64,000 nt of DNA from Phycisphaeraceae bacterium. Lineage in GTDB: Bacteria; Planctomycetota; Phycisphaerae; Phycisphaerales; Phycisphaeraceae. Location of the stretch: contig OY771506.1 of the NCBI GenBank assembly GCA_963674705.1, positions 5,248,001-5,312,000 on the forward strand, read 5' to 3'. A program made the translations under genes and the position numbers. This document shows, piece by piece, positions 19,380 through 30,349 of this stretch; position 1 is the first letter of the stretch; each line of letters begins with the position of its first letter. Under the pieces are notes generated by a model, which was not told where the DNA came from, searched no databases, and saw only the letters and a program-made list of their open reading frames with translations.

Positions 19380-20930
19380 ATGGCACTAGCAACTTCTGAA
19401 GAACGCGACTTCCTCAAAGCCATCTCCGAGTTGACGTATTGCAACCCCTTTACGCCGCAGCGGCTGGCTTGCGAGCGAAAGGCGCTGGGCAACTACTTTG
19501 TCGAAAGTGATTCGGTGTGGAGCTTTCGGCCTGATGCGGCGGGCGAACGCGAAAACATCCGCCGACTGATAGAGCGAGGCGAACCGATCGCCCAGCGCAT
19601 GCGAGAGAAACTGGTTGACGGCAATAAACCTGTGCGAGATGAACTGGAGTTGTACCAGGACCTCGTGCTCTACCTGCTATACGATCGGTATCGGCTGAAG
19701 CTGGATGAGTTGATCTCGCACCTCTCACCCGCTCATGGTCAGCGATCCAGGCGCGTGTCCGGCTACGCCGCCTTTGCCAAGGAATATGCACACTACCTCG
19801 AACCGTTACAGGCATACGATGAAGTTTGCCTTGATGAACCCTCGCACGTGTTTGCGTTGTTCTACCAGATCAGGCGGGCGTTCAAGCATATCTTCGATTA
19901 CATCATCGGGGGTTCGGCACCAATCGCACGGCTGCGTGCGGAAGTCTGGCAATCCGTATTCACACACGACCTGCGCCGATTCCGAACAACGCTGTATGAC
20001 AAGATGGGGCAAGTCACGACGCTGATAACCGGACCATCAGGGACGGGTAAGGAATTAGTTGCGAGGGCGGTCGGTTTGTCGCGTTACTTCCCTTTCGATC
20101 CGAAGTCGTCGAAGTTTGTCGGGGATGACGATCAATCATTCCATGCATTGAATCTCACAGCACTTTCACCGACGTTGATCGAATCGGAGTTGTTCGGACA
20201 CAAGCGTGGTGCGTTTACGGGGGCGCTACAGGATCATAAGGGTTGGCTGGAACTATGCGGGCCTGCTGGGACGGTATTTCTCGATGAGATCGGGGAACTG
20301 GACCCGTTGATCCAGGTGAAACTGCTACGGCTATTGCAGGAGCGGACGTATCAGAGCCTTGGCGATACTGAGACAAAGCACTTTTCAGGCAAGATCATTG
20401 CGGCGACCAACCGCGACCTGGCCCGAGAAATACAAGCGGGCCGATTCCGGGAGGATTTTTACTACCGGTTGTGCAGCGACATGATCACCACGCCGTCACT
20501 GCACGAGCAGATCGCGGATTCGCCGGCGGAGTTGCGCCAGCTTGTGCAGTTCCTGGTTAAACGTATGGCAGGCGAAACAGGCGCAGAAGACCTGACGGGG
20601 ATGGTCCTATCGTGGATCGAGAAGAATCTGAATAATGAATATCACTGGCCCGGCAACTTCAGGGAACTGGAGCAGAGCGTTTGGAATATCCTGATCCGTA
20701 ACGAGTATCACCCGATGTCGCGTGCAGGCGAGCGAACTGGTGTTGCGGGGAGCATCGTTGGCGTGGTATCAAGTTTAGCTGAGATGAAAGTCAGCGCGGA
20801 TGATTTGCTTAATGCGTACTGCGCCATCGTGTATAAGCAATCGGGCAGTTACGAAGAGGCGGCGAGACTGCTGAAGCTGGATCGACGGACGGTCAAGAAA
20901 CGGGTTGAACAGCAACTGCTGGAAACGTAA
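19380..20930 (+). CDS. Sigma54-dependent transcriptional activator (bEBP) with uncharacterised N-terminal domain
   Basis: GPSGTGKE, ESELFGHKRGAFTGA, FLDEIGE, FREDFYYRL, WPGNFREL and C-terminal HTH; likely start ATG 19380. Confidence 0.93.
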   Translation: MALATSEERDFLKAISELTYCNPFTPQRLACERKALGNYFVESDSVWSFRPDAAGERENIRRLIERGEPIAQRMREKLVDGNKPVRDELELYQDLVLYLLYDRYRLKLDELISHLSPAHGQRSRRVSGYAAFAKEYAHYLEPLQAYDEVCLDEPSHVFALFYQIRRAFKHIFDYIIGGSAPIARLRAEVWQSVFTHDLRRFRTTLYDKMGQVTTLITGPSGTGKELVARAVGLSRYFPFDPKSSKFVGDDDQSFHALNLTALSPTLIESELFGHKRGAFTGALQDHKGWLELCGPAGTVFLDEIGELDPLIQVKLLRLLQERTYQSLGDTETKHFSGKIIAATNRDLAREIQAGRFREDFYYRLCSDMITTPSLHEQIADSPAELRQLVQFLVKRMAGETGAEDLTGMVLSWIEKNLNNEYHWPGNFRELEQSVWNILIRNEYHPMSRAGERTGVAGSIVGVVSSLAEMKVSADDLLNAYCAIVYKQSGSYEEAARLLKLDRRTVKKRVEQQLLET

Positions 20931-20951
20931 TCGCTGATTCAATTGCAGGTG

Positions 20952-22580
20952 TCACTGACGCTGCGGATTGTCGATTACGAAGCCGCGGCGATCGAGCAAG
21001 GACCCCTCGGCCACGTACAGGTCGATCAGCGCCAACCGATAAGCGACAATGGCTTGCACTTCGTTGATCTGGGCTTGAAGCAGATCGCGTTGCGCCTGGG
21101 CGACAAGCAGCGCGGTGCTGGCGCCGACATCGTAACGTTCGCGTTCAGCACGGACGGTGTCTTCCTGCAATTCGCGTGTGGTGCGTGATGCGTGGATCTG
21201 CTGGCGCGCGCGTTCGAGTTCGTTGGCTGCAAGTCGCACATCCAACTCGATCAGTTGCTGGAGATTATCGACGGCGGCGGCAGATTGCCTGCGCGAGGTG
21301 CGTGCGGCTTCGTCGCGAGCTTCGGCTGCGTCGTTACCGAGTAGTTGACTGAAACGGACGCCGGCGGCGAGGTCGTAGGTGTCCTCATCCAGTTGTTTGA
21401 ATGAGCCGTCGAAGGTGTTGTCGAAGCCGGTCTTGCCAAGCGCAATGAAGACTTCCAGACGGGGCAGGATGCCGTTGCGTGTGACGATGGTTTCAAGCCG
21501 GTCTTTTTCAAGACGCAGGCGTGCTTCTGCCAGGTCTGGACGTTTCAGGCTGGCTAATTGCAGGCGGTCATCAAGATCATTCAGCGGTTGCGCATCAATC
21601 TCGGGGCGCGTGCTGACAATCAATTCACGGTCGAACGTCTGGCTCGGGCTGATCAATTGCAGCAGGCGCAATCGCTGAGCTTCCAGATCACTGCGTGCAT
21701 CGATCAAGGCCTGCTCGCGTATCGCCACTTCCGTGCGAGCGACCGCAGCATCGGCCTCCGCCAATGCACCAACTTCAATGCGCTGCTCCACCTCATCACG
21801 CTGCCGACGCGCAACTTCAAGCGATTGCTCGAAGATCGCGATACGCTCGTGGGACAAGGTGTATTGCCAGTACGTGCTCTCAACCTCCGCCAGCAAAGCT
21901 TCAGCAAATCCGCGGAATTCAAACAATGATGCTTGTGTGTCTAATTCAGCCTGGCGCACACGGGCGAGATTAACTGTTGGTCGGTTGCCGCGCAGCAATT
22001 GTTGCGTGACGGTTAAGCCTAAACGCGCATCCTGCTGCTCAGGAGATCGATTGGATGTATCGCGGTTCTGCGAGACGGATAATTCGACATCGGTCCCGCT
22101 AGGCAGCGTCTGGCGGATGCCGGCCTCGGCGGAGGCGTCTTTACTATCAACGGAGAACTGCTGGCTCGTCGCGCGATCGGTCTGGCTGGCGGTTTCTTCG
22201 TTGTATTCGAACTCGCCGTAGAGTTCGGGATCGAAGTCGCTACGCTCGATCCGCTCGAAGGTGCCGACGATCACGGGCGAAAGTTGCTGGACGGCGAGGT
22301 CACGGTTATTACTCATCGCCAGAACGGTTGCTTCTTCGATGGATACTTCCAGCGGGCCGTCCGCGTTGAAAGTCACACTGATCTGGTCATCGGGTTGCGT
22401 CCGCTTGATCGAAGGCGGGTCCGGCGTCGGCTTTTCATTTTCTTTGGCCCGAGCGAGTTCCTTGTCCCAGTCGGGTTGATAGAAAGACGCATCTTCGGGG
22501 CTGGTGCATGCTGTTATACACAGACCAATCATAGTGATTGCTGTCAGGCAATAGCAGCGGAGTGAATGCTTCGTATTCAT
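20952..22580 (-). CDS. TolC-family outer membrane efflux protein
   Basis: Lipoprotein-like N-terminus, helical OEP repeats, last gene of the RND operon. Confidence 0.9.
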   Translation of the reverse strand: MNTKHSLRCYCLTAITMIGLCITACTSPEDASFYQPDWDKELARAKENEKPTPDPPSIKRTQPDDQISVTFNADGPLEVSIEEATVLAMSNNRDLAVQQLSPVIVGTFERIERSDFDPELYGEFEYNEETASQTDRATSQQFSVDSKDASAEAGIRQTLPSGTDVELSVSQNRDTSNRSPEQQDARLGLTVTQQLLRGNRPTVNLARVRQAELDTQASLFEFRGFAEALLAEVESTYWQYTLSHERIAIFEQSLEVARRQRDEVEQRIEVGALAEADAAVARTEVAIREQALIDARSDLEAQRLRLLQLISPSQTFDRELIVSTRPEIDAQPLNDLDDRLQLASLKRPDLAEARLRLEKDRLETIVTRNGILPRLEVFIALGKTGFDNTFDGSFKQLDEDTYDLAAGVRFSQLLGNDAAEARDEAARTSRRQSAAAVDNLQQLIELDVRLAANELERARQQIHASRTTRELQEDTVRAERERYDVGASTALLVAQAQRDLLQAQINEVQAIVAYRLALIDLYVAEGSLLDRRGFVIDNPQRQ

Positions 22581-25500
22581 GCCGACTCCCCCACTACCGG
22601 TTGCTTCAGGTGCTCCGGGTGTATCAATGTGTATGCGACGGGCACGAGCACGAGTGTGATGAGCATCGAAGCAAACAGGCCGCCGATCACCGCACGGGCG
22701 AGCGGCGCCTGAGCATCGGCGCCTTCACCGATGCCCAGCGCAAGGGGCAGCAGGCCGAGAATCGTCGTCGCGGAGGTCATGAGGATCGGACGTAACCTGC
22801 GCTTGCCTGCGATGACGACCGCCTCACGTGTGCCGTGCCCTTCTTCGACACGGAGCTTCCCCGCCTGATCGACCAGCAGGATCGCGTTGTTGACGACGAT
22901 ACCGCCGAGCATGATGCAACCGATGTAGCTCTGGACATTGAGTGTTGTGCCCGTGAGGAACAACGTAAGCAGTACGCCGATCGCCGCCATCGGCACGGAG
23001 AGCATGACGACGAAGGGGTCTCGCAACGATTCGTACTGGCTAGCCAGCACCATGTATACCAGCAGCAAAGCAAGACCGATGCTGATCAACAGTTCGCGGA
23101 AGGATTCCTGCTGTTCTTCATAACTGCCGGCCACGGCCAGGTCGTAACCGACCGGGCGTGGGATTTCATCGAGCCGCGATTTGATTTCCGCAGCGACGGA
23201 GCCAAGGTCGCGCTCGCCGACGGTGACATCGACGCTGATGGTGCGCTGCCGCTCCTTGCGGTCGATCACAACAGGCCCTCTGCCAGGCTCGACCGTAATT
23301 AAATTGCGTAATGCGACGTCTTGACCGCCGGGCGTGCTGAGTGTGAGGTTCAGGATTTCTTCGAGTGGTAGTTGTCGTGCGTTTTTAAGTTGTACGCGGA
23401 TTGGGTAGCTGTAGCCTTCAGCGCGGTATTCACCTGCAAGCCGCCCCGATACGGAGGTCTCGAGCGCTTCGGCGATCTGCCTGATGGATAAGCCGACGTC
23501 GGCTGCTTTGTCGCGATCGATCGTGATATGCTCCTGCGGGATGCCGGTGCGCCGGCCCGGATCGACATCGGTGACGCCGGGCACATCGGCGATACGTAGC
23601 GCAGCTTGCTTGGCGAGGGCATCGAGTGTATCTAATTCGTAGCCGCGGATTTCAACGTTTAATCCGCCACCGTCCGGCAAAATACGGTCCAGAAGGTTTT
23701 GGCCTTCCGGCGCATAAGTACGGATCGTCATGCCGGGGATCGTGCCGTCGAGTTGCTTTCGCAGGTCTTCGGCGATCTGTTTGTTAGAACGTTCTCGCTC
23801 ATCAGACGGCGTGAGTGTGATTGCAATCGATCCACGAGCGCCGGAATCCGGCCGCCAACCCGAGCTGCCGATGTTTACGATCTTGGCGATCGCTTCGGGA
23901 ACGGTTTCGTTGACGATCTTCTCCATCTTTTGCGTCTGGCGGTCGACCAGGTCGAGACGCATGCCGATTTCCATTTCGCCGGTGACACTTACTTCACCTT
24001 CATCACTGGGTGGGAGAAATTCGGAACCGATGTAAGGTACAAGTAGCAGGCACAAACCCAGAACAACGAATCCCGCAAGCACACTCGTGATTCTGTGGCG
24101 GAGCCCGAGGTTCAACAGGTCTGCATAGATATCTGCCAAGGTAGTGAACAGCTTCTCCGAACTTGCCGCCATACGCCGGAAGATGGATGGCTTCGTATGT
24201 CGCCGCTCCTGCTCAGCCCGTCGTTTAAGCAAACGTGACGACAGCATCGGCACCATCGTCAGCGCAACCAGCAACGAGCACGCCAGCGAGATAACGACGA
24301 CATAGGCGAATTCCTTAAAGAGCATGCCGGTGACGCCACGGATAAAAATGATCGGCAGGAAAATAACCAGTGTCGTAATCGTGCTGGCGATGATCGCGCC
24401 GCCGACCTCTTCGGTCCCTTTGACGGATGCCGTGATCGGCTCGTCGTGTTCTTCCTGCCGTCGGCGGTAGATGTTTTCAAGCACGACGATCGAGCTGTCG
24501 ACCATCATGCCGACGCCCAGCGCCAATCCGCCGAGCGTCATCAGGTTGATCGTCAAACCGGTGATATAGATGATCGCGAGCGTAGCGAGGATCGAGATCG
24601 GGATCGAAATGGCGATCACCAGTGTGCTGCGGATGTTTCGCAGGAAGAACAACAGGATCATGACCGCAAGCGCCCCGCCGTAGAGTACGGATCGTGCGAC
24701 GTTGGCGATCGATCGTTCGATGAAGTTGCCCTGATTGCTGACCGCAACGATATGCACCTGCGGGAAGTCGCGGTTGATCGCTTCGATTTCTTCGAGGATC
24801 GCGCTGGAAACCTGCACGGTATTGGCGTTGGATTCTTTGCGGACAGCGAGTCGCAGGCCGCGCTTGCCGTTGACGCGAACGATACGTGTCAGTTCCTCGT
24901 AAGTGTCTTTCACCTCAGCGACCTGCGCGAGCGTGACCGGCGCATCGTTGCGCACAGCGACAACCAGGCCGCGCAGTGTATCGAGGTCCTGGAACTCAGC
25001 CGGGGCGCGCAGGGTAACTTCGTAGCGTCCCTGTTCGATCGTGCCGGTGGGCAGGTCGATATTTGCGCTACGTATTGTCGTCAACAAGTCATTTAACGGA
25101 AGCCCAAGCGCGCGAACCTTGTCCGGGTCCAGCTCGATCCGAACTTCTCGGTTGTATCCACCCCACGGGTCGACCTGCGCGACACCCGGGACTCGGCCGA
25201 ATCGGTAACGGATCTGGTTTTCTACCAATTCGGTCAGTTCTACAGGATCGAGATCGCTGGAGATACCGACGATGACGACGGGGAAACTGGCGATGTCGAA
25301 TTTACTGACGCGAGGCCGATCGATATCGTCGGGGAATTCATTGAGTTCATCTTCAAGCCGGGCCTGCACGTCGATCGCCGCGGTGTCGATGTCCGTCCCC
25401 GGTGCGAAGCTGACGCGAACCCGGCTGTTGCCTTCGCTGCTGGTGGAAGTCATTTCTTCCACGCCGGGCACGGTCGCGACGATCTCCTCGACGATCTGCG

Positions 25501-25690
25501 TGACCAGCCGTTCCATCACTTCCGGGCTCGCGCCTTCGTAACCCGTGCGTATACTCAGACGCGGCACTTCCACCGCAGGCAACAGATCGATCTGCAACCG
25601 CCCCAGCGCAACCGCGCCCAGCACGACGACGATCAGCGTGACCATCGACGTGAAGACCGGACGGCGAACACTCATGCGCGGCAGGTTCAT
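22577..25690 (-). CDS. RND efflux permease (AcrB/D/F family)
   Basis: [40 protein letters not shown]; 1037 aa. Confidence 0.97.
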   Translation of the reverse strand: MNLPRMSVRRPVFTSMVTLIVVVLGAVALGRLQIDLLPAVEVPRLSIRTGYEGASPEVMERLVTQIVEEIVATVPGVEEMTSTSSEGNSRVRVSFAPGTDIDTAAIDVQARLEDELNEFPDDIDRPRVSKFDIASFPVVIVGISSDLDPVELTELVENQIRYRFGRVPGVAQVDPWGGYNREVRIELDPDKVRALGLPLNDLLTTIRSANIDLPTGTIEQGRYEVTLRAPAEFQDLDTLRGLVVAVRNDAPVTLAQVAEVKDTYEELTRIVRVNGKRGLRLAVRKESNANTVQVSSAILEEIEAINRDFPQVHIVAVSNQGNFIERSIANVARSVLYGGALAVMILLFFLRNIRSTLVIAISIPISILATLAIIYITGLTINLMTLGGLALGVGMMVDSSIVVLENIYRRRQEEHDEPITASVKGTEEVGGAIIASTITTLVIFLPIIFIRGVTGMLFKEFAYVVVISLACSLLVALTMVPMLSSRLLKRRAEQERRHTKPSIFRRMAASSEKLFTTLADIYADLLNLGLRHRITSVLAGFVVLGLCLLLVPYIGSEFLPPSDEGEVSVTGEMEIGMRLDLVDRQTQKMEKIVNETVPEAIAKIVNIGSSGWRPDSGARGSIAITLTPSDERERSNKQIAEDLRKQLDGTIPGMTIRTYAPEGQNLLDRILPDGGGLNVEIRGYELDTLDALAKQAALRIADVPGVTDVDPGRRTGIPQEHITIDRDKAADVGLSIRQIAEALETSVSGRLAGEYRAEGYSYPIRVQLKNARQLPLEEILNLTLSTPGGQDVALRNLITVEPGRGPVVIDRKERQRTISVDVTVGERDLGSVAAEIKSRLDEIPRPVGYDLAVAGSYEEQQESFRELLISIGLALLLVYMVLASQYESLRDPFVVMLSVPMAAIGVLLTLFLTGTTLNVQSYIGCIMLGGIVVNNAILLVDQAGKLRVEEGHGTREAVVIAGKRRLRPILMTSATTILGLLPLALGIGEGADAQAPLARAVIGGLFASMLITLVLVPVAYTLIHPEHLKQPVVGESA

Positions 25691-26877
25691 CCGGCATCAG
25701 CCTCCGGTTGTGAACCATTCTGATCCGGCACATCGATTTTTGAACCGTCATCAAGTAATTGCTGACCAAGCGTAACGACGCGGCCGATCAGGCCTTCACC
25801 GCTGACCTGTGTGCGGCCCGCATGCGTGATGCCTACATCAACGGGCAATAACTTCACCGTCATCGATTGTTCATCGATCACGAATACAACCGGCCGATCC
25901 GCACGCATCACGACCGCTTCCTCGGGGACAATTGTTGCATCTTCAACCGTGTCGAGTATCGCTTCGGCACGGACGAACATGCCCGGTTTAAGTAGATGCT
26001 GCGGATTGGGAACGGTCAATTCCACGCGCGCCTGACGCGATGAAGATTCAAAGACGGGCGAGACACGGGCGACTTTTGCCTGGAAGGTCTGGCCGGCAAA
26101 CGCATCGGTGGTAAGCAACACAGACTGTCCCGCTTTCAGACGTGCATAATCACGCTCGGCGACGAACAACACGGCCTGGATCGGATCGAGTTCGACGATA
26201 CTCATCATGGGTGTGTTGGCTGCGACGGTGTCGCCTTCATCGACCATACGCTGAGCAACGACGCGCTTGCCGTCCCCATCGCTCCATGTGGCACGAACCT
26301 GTGTATACCCCAGGCGGATGCGTGCGGATTCGAGCGACGACTTGGCACGCGTGACCTGCGCGTTGGCGACCTCGACCCGTGCCGCGGCCGCGAGCTGCTC
26401 CGCCTTGGCAGCATCATATTGAGCATCCGACGCTACACCGCGTTCACGCAAGGTCGATTGCCGTTGCATGGCGCGGTCGGCGATTTCCCTTGCATTCCTG
26501 GCTTCCGTCAGGTTCGCCTCGGTGACAGCCAAGTCTGCCTCGGCCTGCGAGACCGCCTGCTCGAATTCATCACTATCCAGCGTCGCGACGACCTGTCCGT
26601 TTTCGACCTCGTCCGCCAGGTCCACCGCCAGGTGTTCGATCCGGCCGCCTACCTTAGGCGCGACCTGGAAGCGGGCCATGGACTCAAGCGTACCGCTGAA
26701 CAGTCGGTGCAGCTCGATCCGGCCGTGCTCGATCTGTACCACCTCGACAGGCACAGCCCGGCCTGATTTGTCTGGAGCTTCTGTTTCACCGGACATCAGG
26801 CTCCAGAGGCGCCAGCCAACCGCCGCAATGATCAACAGGACGAAACAGACGCTGAATGTAGCCAATATGCGTTTCAC
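25687..26877 (-). CDS. RND periplasmic adaptor (membrane fusion protein)
   Basis: N-terminal TM, lipoyl-like halves, coiled hairpin, LKPGMFV. Confidence 0.95.
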   Translation of the reverse strand: MKRILATFSVCFVLLIIAAVGWRLWSLMSGETEAPDKSGRAVPVEVVQIEHGRIELHRLFSGTLESMARFQVAPKVGGRIEHLAVDLADEVENGQVVATLDSDEFEQAVSQAEADLAVTEANLTEARNAREIADRAMQRQSTLRERGVASDAQYDAAKAEQLAAAARVEVANAQVTRAKSSLESARIRLGYTQVRATWSDGDGKRVVAQRMVDEGDTVAANTPMMSIVELDPIQAVLFVAERDYARLKAGQSVLLTTDAFAGQTFQAKVARVSPVFESSSRQARVELTVPNPQHLLKPGMFVRAEAILDTVEDATIVPEEAVVMRADRPVVFVIDEQSMTVKLLPVDVGITHAGRTQVSGEGLIGRVVTLGQQLLDDGSKIDVPDQNGSQPEADAG

Positions 26878-27226
26878 AGGACCTCACGAAAAGCGTTTCG
26901 CTGATACCGTGGGATATCTGCCATGAGCTAATAGCTTAGGCTTATAGAATAGGGATATTCAACTAACTTGCCGGGCCCTACCCCAATGGATCGTTAGATT
27001 GACACCTCCCACCCTGTGGAATCTCTAAATCAAGGCCGATAACTTGAGGTGTGGCAGTGCGGCTGATTGCCCCCCAAGTTAGGTCAAAACGGACTATGAC
27101 TGAAGTCCGGAACCGGACAGGCTAATCCATTGACATATCAATTCGCCAATAGCCAACCGCGATATGGACCGGGCCATTGAGCATGACGATGAAGATGAAT
27201 ACTGGGTATACCCCTGATCCATCGGA

Positions 27227-28858
27227 GTGGATATGGCTGAACCGACTCCCGAGAGAAACGGACCAAAATTCAGCAGTCGGCTGACGCGTCGTCTGTCCCA
27301 GGAGGCGGATAACATCTTCATTGGCGGGAAGATGGATGGGGTATCACTGGATGAGCAGTTTGAACAACTGCGTAAGGAAGTCCAGGAAGCGACGGAGTGC
27401 GATGAAGCGTTCAAGAAAGATCTGGCGAATCTCGCCTCTCTGATCGACGCCAGCGGTGAGCAGATCGGGGTCAACGGCACGTTCAAATTGAACCTCTCAG
27501 AAGACCGGATGACGATGACCCTCCAGGTCACGCCTGCGTTCGGCAATGGCGAACCGGTCACCGTCAAAGATGTCGTCGACGAACTGAAAAAACGCAAGAT
27601 CACACGCGGGGTGTTGCTTAAAGCCATCAACGAGATGGTCACGGAAGTCGACCAGAACAAAGAACCATCCGAGCGTGTTGTGGTGCGTGGAGCGCCACCG
27701 ATCCCGGGTCTGGCGCCATGGATCGCGTACTTCGGTCGCAGCCCCGGCGGTGAACTGGAAGAGGTGAAGCCGGAGTCGTTACTACCCGGCGCGGATGAAG
27801 CGATCCTCTGCGAGCAGGGAGACACGATCGCGTATATCCGTCAGGGCGATCCGGGTCGTGTTGGCTACACAGCCGACGGTGAGGAACTACCACCCACCGC
27901 CTCGAAAGATCTGACGAATCTGGAAGCCGGTCGTAACGTGCTTGTTATGAGTAACTGCTACGTCGCCGACGCGGAGGGCGCGGTCGTACTCAAGGACGGG
28001 TGTATCTCGGTTCAGCCGGCCTTGGTTTTCTATCACGACCTGGATTCACACGATAGCCCGGTGCAGTTTGACGGCTCGATCATCGTGCACGGCGGGGTGA
28101 AGAGTGATGTGGAAATCGTCGCGACCGAAGATATCACGATCGATCGCGTGGTCGAAGGAGCGAGTATCTTCTCGACCGGCGGCAACATCGTTCTGCATGC
28201 CGGTATCGCAGGCCGCAACCGTGGCAAGATTGTCGCCGCGAAGGATGTGATCTGTGGCTATGCGGAAAATGCCAAAGTAACCGCGGGCAACGACATCATC
28301 CTGGGGGTCGGATCGTTAAACAGTCAAATGACCGCCAACCGGGACGTGATCGCCGAGGCCGGACGGGGCAGTATCACCGGCGGTGTCATCATGGCCGGGC
28401 ATGCGATTAAAGCAAAGCGCATCGGCAGCTGCGGCACGCAGACCGTTGTCATGGCGGGGATCAGTTCCAAAGCGTTACCGGCGCTTGAAGAGATCAACAA
28501 GACATCGCTGCATCATCAAGAACGGCTAAAAGAAATCGAAGGATTGATCACGCAATTCGACCGGGCCGTGCGCGACCCACGTATGCTTTCTCACCAGGAA
28601 CAGCAGACGTACATCAACCTGCATAAGCTGCGACTGGTCACCAATAAAGAATTAGACAAGCTCAAGGACAATCGCCGTGAGATCTTGCAGGAATCGGATA
28701 ACGAGGTTCTCGGCAGTGTCATTATCTACCAGAAGCTCGAAGCAAATGTCACTTTCCATATAGGCGCGCTGTCTACGACGCACCGGATCGACAAGGGTCC
28801 GTTGACATTCACCTGCGATGCAAATCACAGCCGCATCATCCGCAAGGGGACGGCTTGA
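27227..28858 (+). CDS. FapA / DUF342 family protein
   Basis: LSEDRMTMTL, FDGSIIVHGGV, VEGASIFSTGGNIVLHAGIAG and beta-helix repeats followed by a coiled coil. Confidence 0.85.
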   Translation: MDMAEPTPERNGPKFSSRLTRRLSQEADNIFIGGKMDGVSLDEQFEQLRKEVQEATECDEAFKKDLANLASLIDASGEQIGVNGTFKLNLSEDRMTMTLQVTPAFGNGEPVTVKDVVDELKKRKITRGVLLKAINEMVTEVDQNKEPSERVVVRGAPPIPGLAPWIAYFGRSPGGELEEVKPESLLPGADEAILCEQGDTIAYIRQGDPGRVGYTADGEELPPTASKDLTNLEAGRNVLVMSNCYVADAEGAVVLKDGCISVQPALVFYHDLDSHDSPVQFDGSIIVHGGVKSDVEIVATEDITIDRVVEGASIFSTGGNIVLHAGIAGRNRGKIVAAKDVICGYAENAKVTAGNDIILGVGSLNSQMTANRDVIAEAGRGSITGGVIMAGHAIKAKRIGSCGTQTVVMAGISSKALPALEEINKTSLHHQERLKEIEGLITQFDRAVRDPRMLSHQEQQTYINLHKLRLVTNKELDKLKDNRREILQESDNEVLGSVIIYQKLEANVTFHIGALSTTHRIDKGPLTFTCDANHSRIIRKGTA

Positions 28859-28912
28859 GTCTTGCGTGATGCGTTAAATCCAATCTATTAGAAGTCCGCG
28901 GTGCTATACAGA

Positions 28913-29911
28913 TCACGCCCAAGCGGTGCGATGATCGTCGTAGCCCGGGCGGTCCCACGGCGCGGTCTGGCCGACAAGCGCCATCTGAACCTGGTTGGTC
29001 ATGGTGGCCCGTGCCTGAGCATCCATCGGCTTGAATCCGCTAGCCATCTTCGCGTTTTCCTGCAGGTGTGCCAGCGTATCCAATCCAACGATCGCTGTAC
29101 AAACACCCTTCAGGGAAAGGGCGTACCGCACCAGGTCGCTGCCCCGCAAGTCACTTTCACGAGCGTGCCGGATTGTTTTCATGGCGATCACGCCCATCCT
29201 GCGTTCGCGCGCCAACGGCAACAATTCATCTTCGTAACGCCCCTCGTCGGGTCGATCGGCCGGGAAAGTAGTGAGGATCGCGTCCGGATCAAACGCCTTG
29301 ATCGCATCCATGAGGACCTGAGCGCCGCTGTGACCGGTGATACCGAAGTGGCCGACAACGCCCTGCTCTTTCAGTTCACGCACGGCTTTCACCGCGCCGC
29401 GTTCAACAGCAGCCAGGTCCGTGTCACGCTTCGGTTCAAAACTGTGCAGATGTAGCAGGTCAAGGTGATCGGTACGCAGGTTCTTCAAGGATGTCTCACA
29501 CTCGCGCATGAAGCCGTCATACGACCGATCGCCACTTTTTGAGACAAGGAAGATATCGTCGCGGTGCTTTTCGATGAACGGGCCGATGATTTCTTCGCTC
29601 TCGCCGTAACCACGTGCGGTGTCGAAGTAGTTGATGCCCATGTCCAGCGCGTTACCAAGCAACTGTTGCGCCGCGTCCCGATCATCTTTGTAAGGACGTG
29701 TAAATACGCTGCCCAGCCCCAGGCCGAGGATACTGACCTCTTTGCCGACTTTGCCAAGCACGCGCCGATCAACGGCGCCTACAGTTGTTGATTGGACCTC
29801 GGCTGAAGCTGCCGCTGTTTCACCCCGGGTGGTTGTGCCTAATCCAAATGCCGCAGCACCCGCGCCAAGTGCTGCCGAGCGTAAGACGTCACGACGGGTA
29901 GGTTGGGTCAT
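28913..29911 (-). CDS. Tat-exported aldo/keto reductase
   Basis: TRRDVL Tat motif after RBS AAGGAGG; GINYFDTARGYGESE, SLKNLRTDHLDLLHLH, GVIAMK. Confidence 0.92.
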   Translation of the reverse strand: MTQPTRRDVLRSAALGAGAAAFGLGTTTRGETAAASAEVQSTTVGAVDRRVLGKVGKEVSILGLGLGSVFTRPYKDDRDAAQQLLGNALDMGINYFDTARGYGESEEIIGPFIEKHRDDIFLVSKSGDRSYDGFMRECETSLKNLRTDHLDLLHLHSFEPKRDTDLAAVERGAVKAVRELKEQGVVGHFGITGHSGAQVLMDAIKAFDPDAILTTFPADRPDEGRYEDELLPLARERRMGVIAMKTIRHARESDLRGSDLVRYALSLKGVCTAIVGLDTLAHLQENAKMASGFKPMDAQARATMTNQVQMALVGQTAPWDRPGYDDHRTAWA

Positions 29912-30349
29912 CGCATACCTCCTTGATTTGCTCATAGATTTGCCCTGATCGAGCTATACCATATCAGGCGGAAACACATAGGACGATATTGATTGTCTGT
30001 TTTTTGCTTCATTGGGATGTAAGCAAAAGGGTCACATCTGACACCGTTCAGCTTTCTGGCCAGGAACAATTCACAACACAATAAGACGTAATTCTCTATA
30101 GCTAAGCAACTTATCCCACCCCCTGTTAATATGGGGGATTTCTGGTGCAATCGAAGACCCATCCTGTTATAGTTATCGGACTGAATCGCACCCATCGGTG
30201 CCACCCACGGCCACTCCCAGCCAGGCATTGAAGATTCGGCAACAAGAGGGCAAAACTCCCCGTAGTACCCCCCCACGGTTGACCACACCGAACAGAGGAA
30301 GACTAAAACGCAATAACACGAGTCCGGTGGATACCGGACCTGCCACAGG

